Shown here piece by piece: positions 36,932-44,635 of a stretch of DNA of 44,635 bases. The number at the start of each line of letters is the position of its first letter. Within the stretch, counting starts at the first letter, position 1. The position numbers and the translations under genes are program-made. Source of the DNA: Promethearchaeota archaeon (GTDB lineage: Archaea; Asgardarchaeota; Lokiarchaeia; Sigyniarchaeales; SOKP01); NCBI GenBank assembly GCA_004524535.1, contig SDNY01000014.1, forward strand, positions 1 to 44,635. Reading direction: 5' to 3'. Below the pieces are notes generated by a model. The model did no database searches. It was given only the letters and a program-made list of their open reading frames with translations, and was not told the DNA's origin.

Positions 36932-37615
36932 ATTTCGTCTCAAGATCGATATAAACAAATAATTAAACGTGAAATGGCTAAATTAAAAAAAGCCGTGAAA
37001 TTAAAAGTAGTTACATGTAAAGCACGGCAACCAAACGGAAGTCAGATAAGAGAGTGTATGGATTGTGGACAATTTATGTCACTATTAAACGTTTATGAAG
37101 AGTATTCAAATGGAATGCTGAAGATTGAAGAATTATGCATAGAAGATAATCCAGAACTCGCAAAAAGATATGATATTTCTCGTGTGCCAACTATTCTTTT
37201 TTTAGATGATAACGGAAAGGAGCTAATACGATATCTCGCAGCCCCACAAGGTGGGGAAATCCAACCATTCATTCAAGCTGTTTTTGCTTTAGCAGGAGCA
37301 GGTAATTATTATGAAGCAACAATAAAACAAAATCTTGACAGAATCCCACCTTCCACGATAAAAGTTATGATAACAAACACGTGTCCATATTGCCCCCAGG
37401 TAGTTTCCGTTGCTAATCTATTTGCTCTTGCAAGTAATGGAAAAATTAGAACAGTAATCATTGATATAATGGTAAATCAAGATATTGGTCAATATTATGA
37501 TGCCGCTGGAGTACCACATACAATAATTAACGAAAAGCCAGCAATTTCAGGAATGGTTGGACCAAATGAAATTTTAAAAGCTTTAATAGGGGGAAATATT
37601 CGTGTTCAATATTGA
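36932..37615 (+). CDS. Protein disulfide oxidoreductase paralogue, apparent ATT start
   Basis: CMDC and TCPYCP motifs. The track's GTG (36923) lies inside the RBS GAGGTGA; the ATT at 36932 aligns with Met1 of the upstream paralogue. Confidence 0.86.
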   Translation: MSSQDRYKQIIKREMAKLKKAVKLKVVTCKARQPNGSQIRECMDCGQFMSLLNVYEEYSNGMLKIEELCIEDNPELAKRYDISRVPTILFLDDNGKELIRYLAAPQGGEIQPFIQAVFALAGAGNYYEATIKQNLDRIPPSTIKVMITNTCPYCPQVVSVANLFALASNGKIRTVIIDIMVNQDIGQYYDAAGVPHTIINEKPAISGMVGPNEILKALIGGNIRVQY

Positions 37616-37616
37616 A

Positions 37617-38546
37617 ATGGCTGATTTAGATCCTGATAAGATATGGGACCTTATTATATTAGGGGGTGGCCCAACAGCGATTGGTTGTGCAATCTATGCT
37701 GCCAGATTTGCAATGGATATATTAGTAATTGGAAAAACATATGGAGGCTTGATTGCAACAACTCATATTGTAGAGAACTATCCAGGTATTACCTCCGTAA
37801 GTGGTACTGAATTTGTAGAAATGTTTCGAGATCATATGGATTCTTTGAGCATCCCTTACATCTCAGATGAAATTAAGAGTATTGAGAAAGCTAAAGATCA
37901 TTTCATTTTACACTCTTTCTTTGCTAAGTTCAAGGCTTATACAATTTGTATAGCTACAGGTTCTGAGAGAAGAAAACTAGGTATCCCAGGAGAAGAAAAG
38001 TTTGCAGGAAGGGGCGTTTCATACTGTGCAAGTTGCGATATGCTGTTTTATAAAGATAAAGTCGTTGCTGTAATAGGAGGGAGTGATTCTGCTGCAAAAG
38101 AAGCGCTTTTTTTGGCTCAAAACGTGAAAAAAGTATATATAATTTATCGAGGAAAAGAAATAAGAGCTGAACCTATTAATAAAAAACGAGTTTACGAAAA
38201 TGATAAGATTGAGATCATTAATAACACAAATATAACTGAGATTAAAGGAAACGACAAGGTAAAATCAATCATATTCGATAATGGTAGAGAATTTGAGGTT
38301 GATGGAGTTTTTATCGAAATCGGATCTATTCCTGCATCAGATGTCGTAAGGGATTTAGGTGTTAAACTGAATGAAAAAAATGAAATAATGATTAATAGAA
38401 GATCAGAAACAAATGTTCCTGGTATTTATGCTGCCGGGGATGTAGCAAACGCTCCATTTAAACAAGCAATAACCGGAGTTGCTGAAGGTGTTATAGCAGC
38501 GTATGCTATATTTGATTATTTGAAAAAAACTAAAATTGAATATTAA
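37617..38546 (+). CDS. trxB: Thioredoxin reductase
   Basis: GGGP, VENYPG, GRGVSYCASCD, GGSDSA and YAAGD motifs. Confidence 0.92.
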   Translation: MADLDPDKIWDLIILGGGPTAIGCAIYAARFAMDILVIGKTYGGLIATTHIVENYPGITSVSGTEFVEMFRDHMDSLSIPYISDEIKSIEKAKDHFILHSFFAKFKAYTICIATGSERRKLGIPGEEKFAGRGVSYCASCDMLFYKDKVVAVIGGSDSAAKEALFLAQNVKKVYIIYRGKEIRAEPINKKRVYENDKIEIINNTNITEIKGNDKVKSIIFDNGREFEVDGVFIEIGSIPASDVVRDLGVKLNEKNEIMINRRSETNVPGIYAAGDVANAPFKQAITGVAEGVIAAYAIFDYLKKTKIEY

Positions 38547-38572
38547 AAAAAATAGAAACTAAAAGTGATATT

Positions 38573-38656
38573 ATGGAAAAATATGATTTGGTTGTGATTG
38601 GAAGTGGTGCTGGATTAAATATTATAAATGTCGGGCTCAATTATGAAATGAAATGA
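38573..38656 (+). pseudogene. 5' fragment (27 codons) of the Lpd-like gene found intact at 43302
   Basis: MEKYDLVVIGSGAGLNIINVGLNYEMK* versus MEEYDLVVIGSGAGLNVINVGINLGLKC. Confidence 0.85.
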
Positions 38657-38805
38657 GTTTGTATGCGCAGAGAGTGAGAGGGAGAATTATATCTCTCGGA
38701 GGGACATTTCCCGCCAGCGATGACGAGGATGAGGAGGATACGGGATTTGTGGTTGTACTGGTAGTTATAATTGTGGTAGCGAGTAGTGTTGGAGTTATTC
38801 ATTAA
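38653..38805 (+). pseudogene. Remnant of a membrane-anchored protein C-terminus
   Basis: Locally G-rich frame ...FPASDDEDEEDTGFVVVLVVIIVVASSVGVIH*: an acidic linker plus a hydrophobic helix. Confidence 0.5.
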
Positions 38806-38834
38806 TATAAAAATACTATCATTAATATAAAAAT
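38799..38834. repeat. 16-bp direct repeat TCATTAATATAAAAAT, 20-bp period
   Basis: Copies at 38799-38814 and 38819-38834, upstream of the MNT gene. Confidence 0.75.
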
Positions 38835-38907
38835 GATATTATTTTATAACACTAATATTATTATATATTCAAAGAATAATGAATAAATTTAAGTAAGGTA
38901 TGGGATA

Positions 38908-39285
38908 ATGGATAATCACGATCCTGTTGATTCATTAGGAGAGTATTCAAGATATTGGAGAAATAAAACAGAAGAAAGAAAAAAAAATTTGCTAAAAAGA
39001 GAACAACTATTAAAAGAATTAGCGAAAAAATGCTCAGTTTTATTAAAACAAAAATTTAATGTAAAAAAGGTTTATTTAATAGGTTCTTTAGCAAGAGAAC
39101 ATAGAATTCATGAAAATTCAGACATAGATCTAGTCGTTGTTGGATTATCCGATAAAGAATATTTTTCTGCTTTAAGAGAACTGTATAGATTAATCCCAGC
39201 AGGTATAAATATTGATTTGATTACAGGAGAAGACGCCTCGAAATCCATGAAAAACATTATTGAAAAGATTGGTGTTTTAATCTAA
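38908..39285 (+). CDS. Minimal nucleotidyltransferase (MNT) antitoxin
   Basis: VYLIGSLAR...SDIDLVV (GS-x10-DxD) and IDLI motifs. Confidence 0.9.
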   Translation: MDNHDPVDSLGEYSRYWRNKTEERKKNLLKREQLLKELAKKCSVLLKQKFNVKKVYLIGSLAREHRIHENSDIDLVVVGLSDKEYFSALRELYRLIPAGINIDLITGEDASKSMKNIIEKIGVLI

Positions 39286-39773
39286 TGGGAGAAAATCATT
39301 TTTTAGTAATAATAGCTGAAATTAAACAAGAATTGGCATATCTAAAACAATTGACACAAGAATGTATTGAATTTTATGATTTGAATAAAAGTCAATTAAA
39401 CTCTCCAACCAATTTAAGAGTATTTGGCAGTTTTTTACATGATTTTTATACTTGTATCGAAAATATTTTTCGGAAAATTGCTATAAATATTGATGGCGAA
39501 TTACCATCAGAATCAACATGGCATAGCACCTTATTAAATCGAATGAATTTAAATATTCCTAATATCAGAGCAAGCATTATTGATGATGATTTAAAGGAGA
39601 TTTTATACGATTATTTGAGATTTCGCCATATATTTAGAAATGTCTACGGATTTAGACTCAATTGGGACAAAATGGGACATTTAATAACGACTCTTAAAAC
39701 TACTCAAAAGATGTTAAATATGCAAATCACAAAATTTTTAGAGATTCTTAGCAAAATTAAGAATAGTAGTTAA
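39285..39773 (+). CDS. HEPN-domain RNase toxin (HepT-like)
   Basis: LHDFYTCIENIF, WH..LL and LRFRHIFRNVYG motifs; TAATG coupling with the MNT gene. Confidence 0.88.
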   Translation: MGENHFLVIIAEIKQELAYLKQLTQECIEFYDLNKSQLNSPTNLRVFGSFLHDFYTCIENIFRKIAINIDGELPSESTWHSTLLNRMNLNIPNIRASIIDDDLKEILYDYLRFRHIFRNVYGFRLNWDKMGHLITTLKTTQKMLNMQITKFLEILSKIKNSS

Positions 39774-39958
39774 TAGATTCCTCAAAAGATACCTGAAAAG
39801 GAAATAGAGGAATCATAAGATCATTTATTTAATAAAAAAGTATCTCTTTCATCTAAAACTAAAAATTCAGTTTTAAGAATTAATAATTAAATAACTACAA
39901 AAACATAGAATCTATAATAAATTATAATAATATATTACAATCTATTATTGTGGTTTCA

Positions 39959-40114
39959 ATAAATCGAAAATCTGAGCCAAATATCCCTGGAATTTATGCA
40001 GCTGGAGATGTAGCAGATGCACCCTTTAAACAAGCTATAACCGGAGTTTCTGAAGGAGTTATCGCTGCGTATTCTGCATTCGATTATCTAAAAAAATTTA
40101 ATATCGAATATTGA
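39959..40114 (+). pseudogene. Diverged duplicate of the trxB 3' end (51 codons)
   Basis: INRKSEPNIPGIYAAGDVADAPFKQAITGVSEGVIAAYSAFDYLKKFNIEY*; 42 of 51 aa identical to 38391-38546. Confidence 0.9.
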
Positions 40115-40160
40115 ATCTATTGTTTATACTACTAGAACAATATCTTCAATTAATTGTATA

Positions 40161-40811
40161 ATGATTGATAATTGGCTCTCAAAGACTAAATTTAAAAAAC
40201 TAATTGAGAAATTTGTAAAGAAGATCTTTTTTGGGAGAATTTCCGCCAATAAACTTACACTCATAGGGTTAGTCTTAGGTCTTTCAAGTGCCTTTTTTAT
40301 ATTTTTAAGTGCTAAAATTCAATATACGTGTGAATTCGTTATCATTGCTGCGATTCTTATGACATTATCTTTTTTCTTTGATGCTCTAGATGGGATTTTA
40401 GCGAGGCTGGAAGGACAAACAATATTTGGAGGAATTTTAGATATATTTTGTGATAGAACTGTCGAGACGTTTATAATTATCGCTCTTATCTCGACTGATC
40501 CTGAACTTCTAGTATGGCCTGGTATCTTCTCTTTAGGCGCAATTATATTATGTATAACAATGTTTCTCGTTGTTGGAGGGGCTATTAAAGCCGAAGAATT
40601 AGATGAAACGCAGAAAGTGATATATTATAGAAGAGGGTTAATGGAACGTTTTGAAACTTTTATATTTTTAATGATAATTACACTAATAATCGCATTGCGC
40701 TTAATTTTTTTATGGCTTTTTGCCATTTTAGTTTTTATCACAGCTATCTTAAGATTCAGAGATGCTTACCTTATTTTCAAAACTAAAAGTAATATGTCCG
40801 AATCAGAATAA
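40161..40811 (+). CDS. CDP-alcohol phosphatidyltransferase family protein
   Basis: DALDGILAR...GGILDIFCD motif; transmembrane helices. Confidence 0.9.
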   Translation: MIDNWLSKTKFKKLIEKFVKKIFFGRISANKLTLIGLVLGLSSAFFIFLSAKIQYTCEFVIIAAILMTLSFFFDALDGILARLEGQTIFGGILDIFCDRTVETFIIIALISTDPELLVWPGIFSLGAIILCITMFLVVGGAIKAEELDETQKVIYYRRGLMERFETFIFLMIITLIIALRLIFLWLFAILVFITAILRFRDAYLIFKTKSNMSESE

Positions 40812-40990
40812 GTTTAAAGAGGTCTTACTCTTAGATATTATAATTATTACATTTAAAATTTATAATTTGAAATCCTATTTTTTAAATATTAGTCAAAATT
40901 TAAAGTAAAATGAATAATTTATCAATTAATTATAAAAAGAAGATTTTAGAACATATCTCTCTTTTTAATATTTAAGGTGATTCCGTTAAT

Positions 40991-42283
40991 ATGAGCACAC
41001 CGGACGATATAATAAATCGTATCTACAAAGACTATAAGAGTAAGATTGGATTATTTTGTTTAAATTGTCTAATCATGCGTACATCATTTGAAGAACTAAA
41101 CGAATTTGTTAAAAAAAACAATATAGCTATTAATGAAACTACAAAGACTAAAACTGGTTATATAAAAGAAATAGTAGTTCATTTTCATAATGTTTTTAAA
41201 AATGTCAAAAGTATTAGAGATAAATATTCAAGTCCAATCGACCTAATGGGTGATTTATTACTAAAAGACGATAATATAAAGAATCATTTAACCGAATTTG
41301 ATTATATTGCTAAGCAGGAACTAGTAAATATTTTTGCTGATTATTGTGCCGATTTTAAAATTTCAGTTTTTAATACTTCAAAAATACCAGAATATTCATT
41401 AGATTTATATTTAACAAAAAAAACGCCTCGCTTGAGAACTGAATCCGTAATAGTACGTACGAGTGCGGAGATGGATTTAGATAATTATGAAAATACTTTA
41501 GAATTAATCCAAAAATCTTCAGAAATCGCTATGTGGAGTGTATTCGTTACTACCCCCGCAGGTGTATATAAAATTGGATTTGATCGTATAGTTTCGGATA
41601 TGGAAAATTTCAAAGTCTGGTTTTATGTTGTAGATCCACGTCATAAAAAAATTTATGGCATAACTAAAGGTAAAAAATCCAAAAACTACGATCAATCTTT
41701 AAGTGAGAATTATCTTCAAAAATTACCACGTGAACCTGTTCGAGCACCTTCGCAGGTTATAAAATTTTCAAAATATGAATTTAAAGAAAATGAATCTTAT
41801 AATCCAAAAAGATTTCATATGTATGAAATATTCTCTGAAGAGGAGGTCGGTGAAGGTCTCAAAATTCCGGGAGAGAAACATAAATATCGGGATATTTTTA
41901 GAAATTTAATAATTATTGATAAAACTTCAGGTATATCTATTTTTTCTTACGAAAACGAAATAAAATCTTTAGATTATGATTTAATTTCGGGATTTTTAGT
42001 TGCTATGGATCAATTTGTATCGGAGTTGGGAGGTGGTGACAACATGCGAGAAATAAATTATAAAGGATTTTTTATACAAGCGGGGTATGGGGAAAAGATA
42101 AAAGTCGCACTTTTTCTCTCTAAATCAGCAGATAAAATATTAAAAGAGCGTTTGGCTTACTTTATAAATGAATTTGAAAAAAAACATAAAGAACAGATAA
42201 AATTCTTTCAAGAAACGGGGAATGTTTCTTATTTTAAAGAAGCCTCAGTAGAAGAAATGGCTAAAGAAATTTTAGATTTTTAA
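40991..42283 (+). CDS. Multidomain protein with C-terminal longin-like domain
   Basis: C-terminal LIIIDKTSGISIF...DLISGFLVAMDQFVSEL...EINYKGF...FINEFEKK pattern typical of Asgard longin-like domains. Confidence 0.7.
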   Translation: MSTPDDIINRIYKDYKSKIGLFCLNCLIMRTSFEELNEFVKKNNIAINETTKTKTGYIKEIVVHFHNVFKNVKSIRDKYSSPIDLMGDLLLKDDNIKNHLTEFDYIAKQELVNIFADYCADFKISVFNTSKIPEYSLDLYLTKKTPRLRTESVIVRTSAEMDLDNYENTLELIQKSSEIAMWSVFVTTPAGVYKIGFDRIVSDMENFKVWFYVVDPRHKKIYGITKGKKSKNYDQSLSENYLQKLPREPVRAPSQVIKFSKYEFKENESYNPKRFHMYEIFSEEEVGEGLKIPGEKHKYRDIFRNLIIIDKTSGISIFSYENEIKSLDYDLISGFLVAMDQFVSELGGGDNMREINYKGFFIQAGYGEKIKVALFLSKSADKILKERLAYFINEFEKKHKEQIKFFQETGNVSYFKEASVEEMAKEILDF

Positions 42284-42301
42284 AAATTAGGAGGTTATAA
42301 A

Positions 42302-42691
42302 ATGCCAAAGGAACCAAGAAGAACTGGAATTGTTGATGGAAAGTTCTATCCATGTCCAAAAAAACCAATTTGTGTTTCAACTCAAGCTTCTGAAGATGAT
42401 GAAAAACATTATATATCACCAATTAAATTAACAACATCTGTACAGGAGGCAATGAGTAAAATAATATCCATCATAAATACATTAAAACGTACTAAAATAT
42501 TAGAAAACAGTGACAATTACTTAAGAGTACAATTTACCACTGCGTTATTTAGATTTAAAGATGATGTTGAATTTTATATAGATGAAAAAGAGAAATTGAT
42601 ACACTTTAGAAGTCAATCCAGAATAGGGGGTTATGATTGGAACGCAAATAGGAATCGAATGGAGGATTTTAGAAATAGATATCAAGAATGA
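42302..42691 (+). CDS. DUF1499 family protein
   Basis: PCPKKPICVSTQ, FRFKDDVEF and RSQSRIG..D..ANRNR motifs. Confidence 0.88.
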   Translation: MPKEPRRTGIVDGKFYPCPKKPICVSTQASEDDEKHYISPIKLTTSVQEAMSKIISIINTLKRTKILENSDNYLRVQFTTALFRFKDDVEFYIDEKEKLIHFRSQSRIGGYDWNANRNRMEDFRNRYQE

Positions 42692-42854
42692 TAATGTTAA
42701 TAATTTATAAATAGGTTTTATAATGAGAGAGTTGAAATTTCTATTCTATTTTTAATTTATTAACGAATATATTAAATTTTAATTTTTATAAGGTAAAATA
42801 TAATATCAGTAAAATTTTGAGATTAAATAATTTGATAATAAAAGGGTTAAAAAA

Positions 42855-43271
42855 ATGAGTGAAGAAGCTGAAAATAAATTAATATTTGTGTTTAATGCAG
42901 ATTCAGGGGGCGCGTGGGCAGGATTGAAAGATTCATTGAAAAAAACGTTTAAAAAATCTACGTATGAATGCAATCTCTGTGCGGTAACTTATGGATTTTT
43001 TGGTCAGAAGAAACAATGGAAAAATTTTGTGAATGAGCTCGAAGTTCCAGTTGAACAAATGAAAAAGGATAAATTTAAATTTGAATTTCTCCATAAAGAC
43101 GAATTTTATGAACAGTATAATGTAAAAGATGCGAAATTTCCAAGTGCTTATCTAGATGACGGTAGAGAGTTAAAAGTATTTATTTCCCTGAAGGAAATGA
43201 ATGCGATAAAAGATATCCCTGAATTAGAGGCTTTAGTAACCAAAAGGCTTGATGAATTTAATTTAAGATGA
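42855..43271 (+). CDS. Conserved hypothetical protein with CxxC (thioredoxin-like fold possible)
   Basis: LIFVFNADSG...YECNLCAVTYG...W..F...FLHKDEF. Confidence 0.7.
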   Translation: MSEEAENKLIFVFNADSGGAWAGLKDSLKKTFKKSTYECNLCAVTYGFFGQKKQWKNFVNELEVPVEQMKKDKFKFEFLHKDEFYEQYNVKDAKFPSAYLDDGRELKVFISLKEMNAIKDIPELEALVTKRLDEFNLR

Positions 43272-43301
43272 AAAAGTTTTTTCTTGAGATGGGTTATTAA
43301 T

Positions 43302-44635
43302 ATGGAAGAATATGATTTAGTTGTGATTGGTAGTGGTGCTGGATTAAATGTTATAAATGTTGGGATTAATCTAGGACTGAAATGTGCGCTTGTTGAAGAG
43401 AGTAAGATGGGAGGGACTTGTTTAACACGCGGATGTATCCCTTCTAAAATATTGGTACATCCAGCGGATTTAATCCGAGAAGCGCAACATGGTAAAAAAG
43501 TTGGGCTAACGTTTAAAGTAGAAGATATAAATTGGGATCTTATTGCAAAAAGAATGTGGCATCAAATTGATGAGAGTAAAATGATGGAACAAGGATTATT
43601 AGAAGTTCCAAATCTTAAAGTTTATCAGGGTACAGGTGAATTTACCGGGGAATATGAAATGACCGTACATGGTAAAGATGGTTCTAATCTTGGAACATTT
43701 AAAGGAAAACGCTTTCTTATTGCTACGGGAGCTCGCTCATTCATCCCTCCTATTGCAGGCATTGAAGATGCTGAGTATGTTACAAGTGAAACCTTCTTCG
43801 GTGAAAAATTCCCCAGAAAACCTTGGAAAAGTCTAATAATAATTGGTGGTGGGGTAATTGCGGCAGAATTTGCCCATATTTTTTCAGCGTTTGGAACAGA
43901 AGTAACCATAGTTGAGATGTTACCACGACTGGTAGCTACTGAAGAACCAGAAATAAGTAAATTTTTAGAAAATAATTTTAAGAAATATATGACTGTGCTT
44001 GTAAATCATAAAGCTATAAAAGCCAAATCAAAGGGTAAATTAAAAGTTGTGACTGTTGAAAATACACAGACAGGTGAAAAAAGAGATCTCAAAGCTGAAG
44101 AGATTCTCGTGGCTACTGGGCGTAAATCAAATGCAGATATCTTAAAAGTAGAAAAAACGGGTGTGGAAACTAATAAAGCTGGTTGGATTATTACTAATGA
44201 ATATCTCGAGACTTCAAAGGAAAACATTTGGTGTATAGGAGATGCTAATGGTCTCTTCCAGTTTCGCCATAAAGCAAATTATGAGACTCAAATAGTACAA
44301 AACAACATTTTCGGGGAAGAAAAAGAGAGGGTAGATTATTCCTCCGTTCCTTGGGCTATCTTTTCATATCCTCAAATAGGGCATGTAGGTATCACCGAAG
44401 CAGAGGCTATAGAAAAAGGGCACGAGATTTTCGTAGCAATCCATAATTATTCATCCGTAGCAAAGGGATATGCAATGGGCTTCGAAGAAAACGATGTAGA
44501 GGATGGATTTGTGAAGCTAGTTGTTGATAAATCATATAAAATTTTAGGTGCTCACATTGTTGGTCCATATGCTGCGATTTTAGTTCAACCATTTGTCTAT
44601 TTAATGAATTCTGGCTTTTCATGCAATTTAGAAGA
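43302..44635 (+). CDS. Class I pyridine nucleotide-disulfide oxidoreductase (Lpd/mycothione reductase-like), 3'-truncated by window; absent from ORF track
   Basis: MEEYDLVVIGSGAG, GGTCLTRGCIPSK, IATGAR, GGGVIAAEF and IGDANG motifs; frame appears open to the window end. Confidence 0.9.
   Translation, partial: MEEYDLVVIGSGAGLNVINVGINLGLKCALVEESKMGGTCLTRGCIPSKILVHPADLIREAQHGKKVGLTFKVEDINWDLIAKRMWHQIDESKMMEQGLLEVPNLKVYQGTGEFTGEYEMTVHGKDGSNLGTFKGKRFLIATGARSFIPPIAGIEDAEYVTSETFFGEKFPRKPWKSLIIIGGGVIAAEFAHIFSAFGTEVTIVEMLPRLVATEEPEISKFLENNFKKYMTVLVNHKAIKAKSKGKLKVVTVENTQTGEKRDLKAEEILVATGRKSNADILKVEKTGVETNKAGWIITNEYLETSKENIWCIGDANGLFQFRHKANYETQIVQNNIFGEEKERVDYSSVPWAIFSYPQIGHVGITEAEAIEKGHEIFVAIHNYSSVAKGYAMGFEENDVEDGFVKLVVDKSYKILGAHIVGPYAAILVQPFVYLMNSGFSCNLE

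Noticed and set aside
1172-44622. Antisense or overlapping ORFs in the track (e.g. 1172, 2006, 2444, 3061, 3874, 5715, 6033, 6842, 9204, 9219, 10417, 10875, 11070, 11425, 13798, 14621, 14994, 20436, 24045, 24496, 31236, 34714, 35349, 36287, 43625, 44006, 44407)
   Set aside because: They overlap well-supported genes on the other strand or frame and have no motifs or RBS; they are shadow ORFs.
1-44635. Selenoproteins or SECIS elements, prompted by the SelB-like gene and many redox genes
   Set aside because: All redox motifs I read use Cys codons. I found no in-frame TGA at a catalytic position and no SECIS I could support by eye.
1-44635. CRISPR array, rRNA, tRNA, transposase or integrase
   Set aside because: No repeat-spacer periodicity, GC-rich structured RNA segment or recombinase motif was seen.
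43302-44635. Mercuric reductase call
   Set aside because: No N-terminal metal-binding domain or mer genes are present, and the diagnostic C-terminus is outside the window.

Overview
AT-rich archaeal chromosomal segment, most consistent with an Asgard (Lokiarchaeia-like) genome. The supporting signs are GGTGA/GGAGG ribosome-binding sites, oligo-T terminators, an HTH_10 regulator, a G-domain-degenerate SelB-like protein and a protein with a C-terminal longin-like domain. Bases 1-19.4 kb form a dense anaerobe-type oxidative/nitrosative stress island: two rubrerythrins, two desulfoferrodoxins, FprA, two rubredoxins missing from the ORF track, an NAD(P)H oxidoreductase-rubredoxin fusion, OsmC, a CooS-V-like (probably Ni-free) CO-dehydrogenase-fold protein, cupins, Fe-S proteins, Isf, glutaredoxins and a ferredoxin:thioredoxin reductase subunit, interrupted by two toxin-antitoxin pairs. 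Bases 19.9-33.4 kb carry central metabolism (lpd, sucCD, icd, fumC, aconitase, gapN). Bases 33.4-44.6 kb carry a SufC/SufB pair, tandem protein-disulfide oxidoreductases, trxB, an MNT-HEPN islet and a second Lpd-like gene. The most notable signals not explained by ordinary annotation are: (1) several genes apparently initiate at ATT, placed exactly at the homologue's Met1 behind a good RBS; (2) a perfect palindrome GAACATGTTC recurs in the promoters around the CooS-V-like gene, next to an HTH_10 regulator, suggesting an undescribed regulon; (3) the MNT-HEPN islet is bracketed by diverged duplicate fragments of trxB and the lpd-like gene. All product calls come from motif recognition by eye; no database search was run.
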